Source of the DNA: Octopus sinensis | Taxonomy: Eukaryota | Length of the DNA: 64,000 bases | Assembly: GCF_006345805.1 (NCBI RefSeq) | Contig: NC_043002.1 | Span: 53,878,001-53,942,000 of the forward strand | Reading direction: 5' to 3' | In this document: positions 59,825 through 64,000 of the stretch, one piece after another | How positions within the stretch are numbered: the stretch's first letter is position 1 | Layout: each line of letters begins with the position of its first letter | Position numbers and translations under genes: made by a program | Notes under the pieces: model-generated | Told to the model about the DNA's origin: nothing | The model's database searches: none | What the model saw: only the letters and a program-made list of their open reading frames with translations

Positions 59825-60529
59825 TCAAGAATCGTAGACTCAAACTAATAGAAGGTTCAACTGTCAACTCGATTTCCATTCAAATAGGTATGTATCTGCC
59901 TATATCTGACAAAAGTATGAATGCTGCTCGAGTGCAATTTCCCATGTCGTCATTTTGTCGAGCAACGAAATCAATATTGCTATTTTTAACGGTCTCGAAT
60001 TTATTTCCAGTGTAAGCATTGGCAATGCATTTGACAGTTTGATTTTACGATGAAGTCAGGCGTTTAACACGATGTTGATATCACAGAGTGTGTCTGCTAG
60101 TCCCCGAGAATATTTACCATAGCAATAAGTATGAAATATTAGGCTGTAACTATGCTTAAATTGATGTTAAATAACTCTTCGCTTCTATGGTTAAGCTGAC
60201 ATATTGCCGCAGGCTAGAACCATCATATCAATAGGCTGTGTTAATTCAAACATATCAATATTCTTTTACAACACAATTATCTTCAATTATTTATATGGTA
60301 GATATTTCGCTGATCCTCATGGAGTTCCACAAACTATGATGGTATTCATTAGTAACCCGCTTTCGTCCAATTATCGTATAATAAATGTGATAAACTTCAG
60401 ATTTATTACATTACATTCTTCATAGACAATAAGCGAAGGAAAGTAAATTTTACGAGATACTCCAGTACTTTCGATTCAGCGAACAAAGTGACATTCAGTA
60501 TCTCACTTTCACTCTCCCTTCCCTCTCTC

Positions 60530-60579
<50 letters not shown>

Positions 60580-62660
60580 ACATTCACACACACTTATACA
60601 GAATTATACTATTTCAATATCAATATTTGCGCATAAGGGAATATTTCGTATGCTAGAAATAACAGTCAAATTTTCTCCGCATTACACTTTGCCGTCATAG
60701 ATAATGGACACTTTCCGCAAAGTAATAGTTGATTTGGAAAGAAAACGAGTGGTCACAGTCAGCAGAAACACTTTTCATCATACGGTTGCTCGAACGAACA
60801 GAACTGCCCTGGGACTAAACAACAACGACGTCGCCCTGCTAAAGATAACCGATTGACAAAATTGGTAAATTCCTTGCGATATTTAGTTCAAATCTCCCTC
60901 ATGGACGACTTTCCCGTTCGTCCTTGTGGGGTTGATGAAATAGAAAAACTGTCAAGTACTGTATTTGATTTAATCGGCATGAACATAAATGGCATAGATA
61001 AAATAAGTACCAGTTGAGTACTGGGGTCGTACGAATTTAGCATGACGTGAACCACGACTTAATTTCAACCTGAAAGCCACTGAACCTACCTTTCGATAGT
61101 AGTACTTCTGAAAACGGGAAAAATATCACGTGTAGTTTTTTAAAGAATGCTCGAGTTTTACGTTGAAAATCTGCATAGAAATTTTAAATTCTTTTATTCT
61201 TATTCAACAAAAGATTTCAAGAAAGAAAGAAAGAATATAGCGATGTCTTATCGAAGAGTATAATTGTTGTAAATTTAAGTGTCGCGAATCCGAGGACTAA
61301 GTAACATCGCTGAAGATGTTAAAACGTTGTTGGGCAGACGTTTATTTTTCATTCCATGCACTAAGGTCAAGTCGTCCCTGTGAAAATTATTCCTGTTCAG
61401 ATTTTTGTTTTTTATTTCGTCTCATTTCGCACGAAAGTATAAAAAAACCCCAAAGAAATGAAAGAGTTTCAGTCGGATTTGTAACTGCATCGCCGACATG
61501 CTTTGCCAAAATCTAAACGCGTTTACACAGCACTCAAACCATGTTGTCATTTCTGCAATATTCGATCTCCACTTACCTGCCAGAGTATTACTTTCCATCT
61601 TTATTTTCAAATTGTAAATATTTAGTCATAACACTTTGAAACAAAAAATGAGGAAAACATAATGCTTCATATTAAAAAAAATCTTAAAGGAATGTAACAT
61701 GATTAAAAATTTTAAAGGAATAAACGAATAAGCCACCACAAATAATCTTAGTACCACAAAGTAAGTGCGAAAGTATAACGCAGTAAATAAACCTACAAGA
61801 AAAAGGATGTCAGCTATTTCTGAGATCACCCCTGCTGTCTCAAATAGAAAATGAATCCTCGGTGGTTGTAGGTTCTGATAAAAACAAAAAAAATCGTTAT
61901 GACCACAGATGGTGGACGTTTATCACATATCCTCTCTATGAAGGCTGACCAGATACTTATCCATAAATCGGAGGTGAAATTAGCAGTGCTATGGCAGATT
62001 ACACTGATTTTTCTTTACATCCATATAATGAATATTTTCACAATTCAATGAAGAAAATTCCTTGATCAACTTGTTAGAAATTGAAACAAAAAAAATCCCT
62101 AAATTCTTTTCCGAAAAAGATCGAAACAGAAAAAACATGGTCCTTTTCTTATTGTACTCTCTCTTGGGAAAAGAACAGGATAGTCACTTTTGAAAAATGT
62201 TTAACCATAGCTTTGGTTAAACAGAACAGACTTGCAAGTATTTGAAATGGCTCGCAGAAATTTGAATTCAAAGGATAAGTTAGAATATGGTAATGAGAAG
62301 ACGTGTTGGCTCTTCTCTACAAAGCCAAGTCTTCTTTGATGTCAAATGCTCCTGACTCTCTGTGATTAAATCGATAATCTGTATAGACTTTTGAAATGAG
62401 TATGAGGATCATGTCTTTGACCAAATTTCTATAGTAGTCGGAGCAATGAATTTAATTTTCTCCGATTAACTCCACTTAACTGTAAATTAGTTACAGATAG
62501 AACAGATTAAGTAATTAAATATCACAAACCAGTGTTTTATTAATTTATAATTCTGAGACCTAAGGATCACTCTGACAAGAATATTCGCCTCCAAATAATT
62601 TTGTCTTCAACAGATAATTGAAAATACAAAATATTTGAGCGTTTCCCGTTTACGCTGATT

Positions 62661-63705
62661 TTTAACCCGATACCACTGATATAAGATTAAAAATCAACTT
62701 ATTATTCCACTTTTACATAATCTCTGAAGTTGCTGACAGTGACATTAAGCCAAAATTTGAAACCAGTGTTAAAATATGTTGCTAAAACGGTCGTGTGTTA
62801 CAATTTAATACGTGTGTTCAAAGTGTTGTAATCTAATAAACAATGATTTATGAAGTTTTAATTGCATATAGTACACTACAATTTGGTCAATGAGAAAATA
62901 CGTATCCAGTCCATCTATCTTCGAAATAGAACTAGTAAATATCCCTCAAATCCAATATAACCGTCTTACAAATAGGAAGAATAAACTGAAAAGTGTAGAC
63001 TTTGTTACTGAAAAAAATGGAATTGTCAAAAGGGAAAACATCACTGGTCAAATATTCGCTTGATCAAGATTGATCTGAGACAAAACAATAATAGCAAATG
63101 CATGTTTGTGGAATCCTTATGATTTATTAGATTACAACACTTTGAACACACGTATTAAATCGCAATACACGAACGTTTTAGCAACATATTTTAACACTGG
63201 TTTCAAATTTTGGCTTAGTGTCACTGTCAGCAACTTCGGAGAAGTGGCTTAGTCGATTACATCGACCCCAATGCTAAACTGGCAAATATATTTTGATATT
63301 ACAAAAATACAAAGCGTCTAACCGGTAGAATCGTTAGCACACCAGGCAACGTGCTTTGCGGCATGTCACCCAGTTTTAAGTTCTGAGTTAAAATTCTGCC
63401 ATGGTCGACTTTGCAATCATTCTTTCGAGGTCGATAAAATTTGAAACCAATATTGCAAGAAGAAAAAATAGACCTAATATACGATGTTAAAGGATGATGG
63501 GCATGCCGTACAAGTATTTTACACTGTACTGCACTATACTGCCGAGAATTAATCGATTAATTGATTTTCCCTATCACTATTTATTTCGAGCTATAATATT
63601 GACTAGTGAACAATTACCTATTCATGTGGAGTGCCCTTTCTGAGATTATGTAAAAGTGGAATAACAACTTGATTTTTAATCTTATATCAGTGGCATCGGG
63701 TTAAA
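62661..63705. mobile_element. Fold-back/MITE-like element with ~180-bp inverted arms; right arm split by a ~400-bp insertion
   Basis: 62721-62840 pairs with 63123-63242, and 62661-62724 pairs with 63641-63705. Confidence 0.75.
63322..63450 (+). mobile_element. SINE S1 copy inside the fold-back arm insertion
   Basis: gtagaatcgttagcacaccaggc...gttctgagttaaaattc...gtcgactttgc. Confidence 0.7.
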
Positions 63706-64000
63706 CCTATGCGAATTTCCCCTGGGTTTCATTTCAGGCATGTAAATTCTTTGGTCCATGAAACAATTACGAGGTTAAAGAGAAGCAGCACCCATTATCA
63801 TATGAAATTAACTCAATTCTCCCTTTTGTAAGCAGTTTATAGTTATTGTTGTTTAACTTGAAGTCAACCCTATCAAAGTAGACATATGGATGTAAAGCGT
63901 AACAAAGATAATTTCCCCATCCATCTATGGATTATTTAAGACTGGATTATTCGTATTTGTTTTAATTCTCCGAGACGACAACGTCTTGATTTGAGTGAAC

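Overview
AT-rich, repeat-saturated eukaryotic DNA, intergenic or deep intronic. I cannot support any host protein-coding gene. Almost all listed ORFs are translations of microsatellites or decayed transposons. The very high density of (AT)n, (GATA)n, (CATA)n and (TAA)n tracts and the SINE repertoire resemble an octopus-like cephalopod genome (inference, not verified). Recognisable content: a 5'-truncated CR1/L2-type LINE with an uninterrupted RT frame; two Penelope-like elements (PLEs, RT plus C-terminal GIY-YIG) and several PLE tails; several R4/Dong-type RLE retrotransposon fragments; two RTE 3' ends; Tigger/pogo, mariner and Tc1 transposase fossils; a mariner-type MITE; and three tRNA-derived SINE families. 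The most interesting signal is two non-coding elements (19158-19747 and 40903-41464). Each has identical direct terminal repeats (111 and 117 bp), sits in an (AT)-rich microsatellite, and carries an internal type I hammerhead ribozyme on the minus strand. They also share two short sequence motifs. They look like a retrozyme-like family of about 450-480 nt units, copied from circular RNA by PLE machinery. A third, core-intact hammerhead lies in a PLE 3' tail, and several decayed ones are scattered through the window. Other notable items: an R4-like family that appears to target (ACAT)n, a PLE with an internal inversion, a perfect 166-bp-arm palindrome centred on (AT)n, two further large fold-backs and a near-identical ~990-bp tandem duplication.
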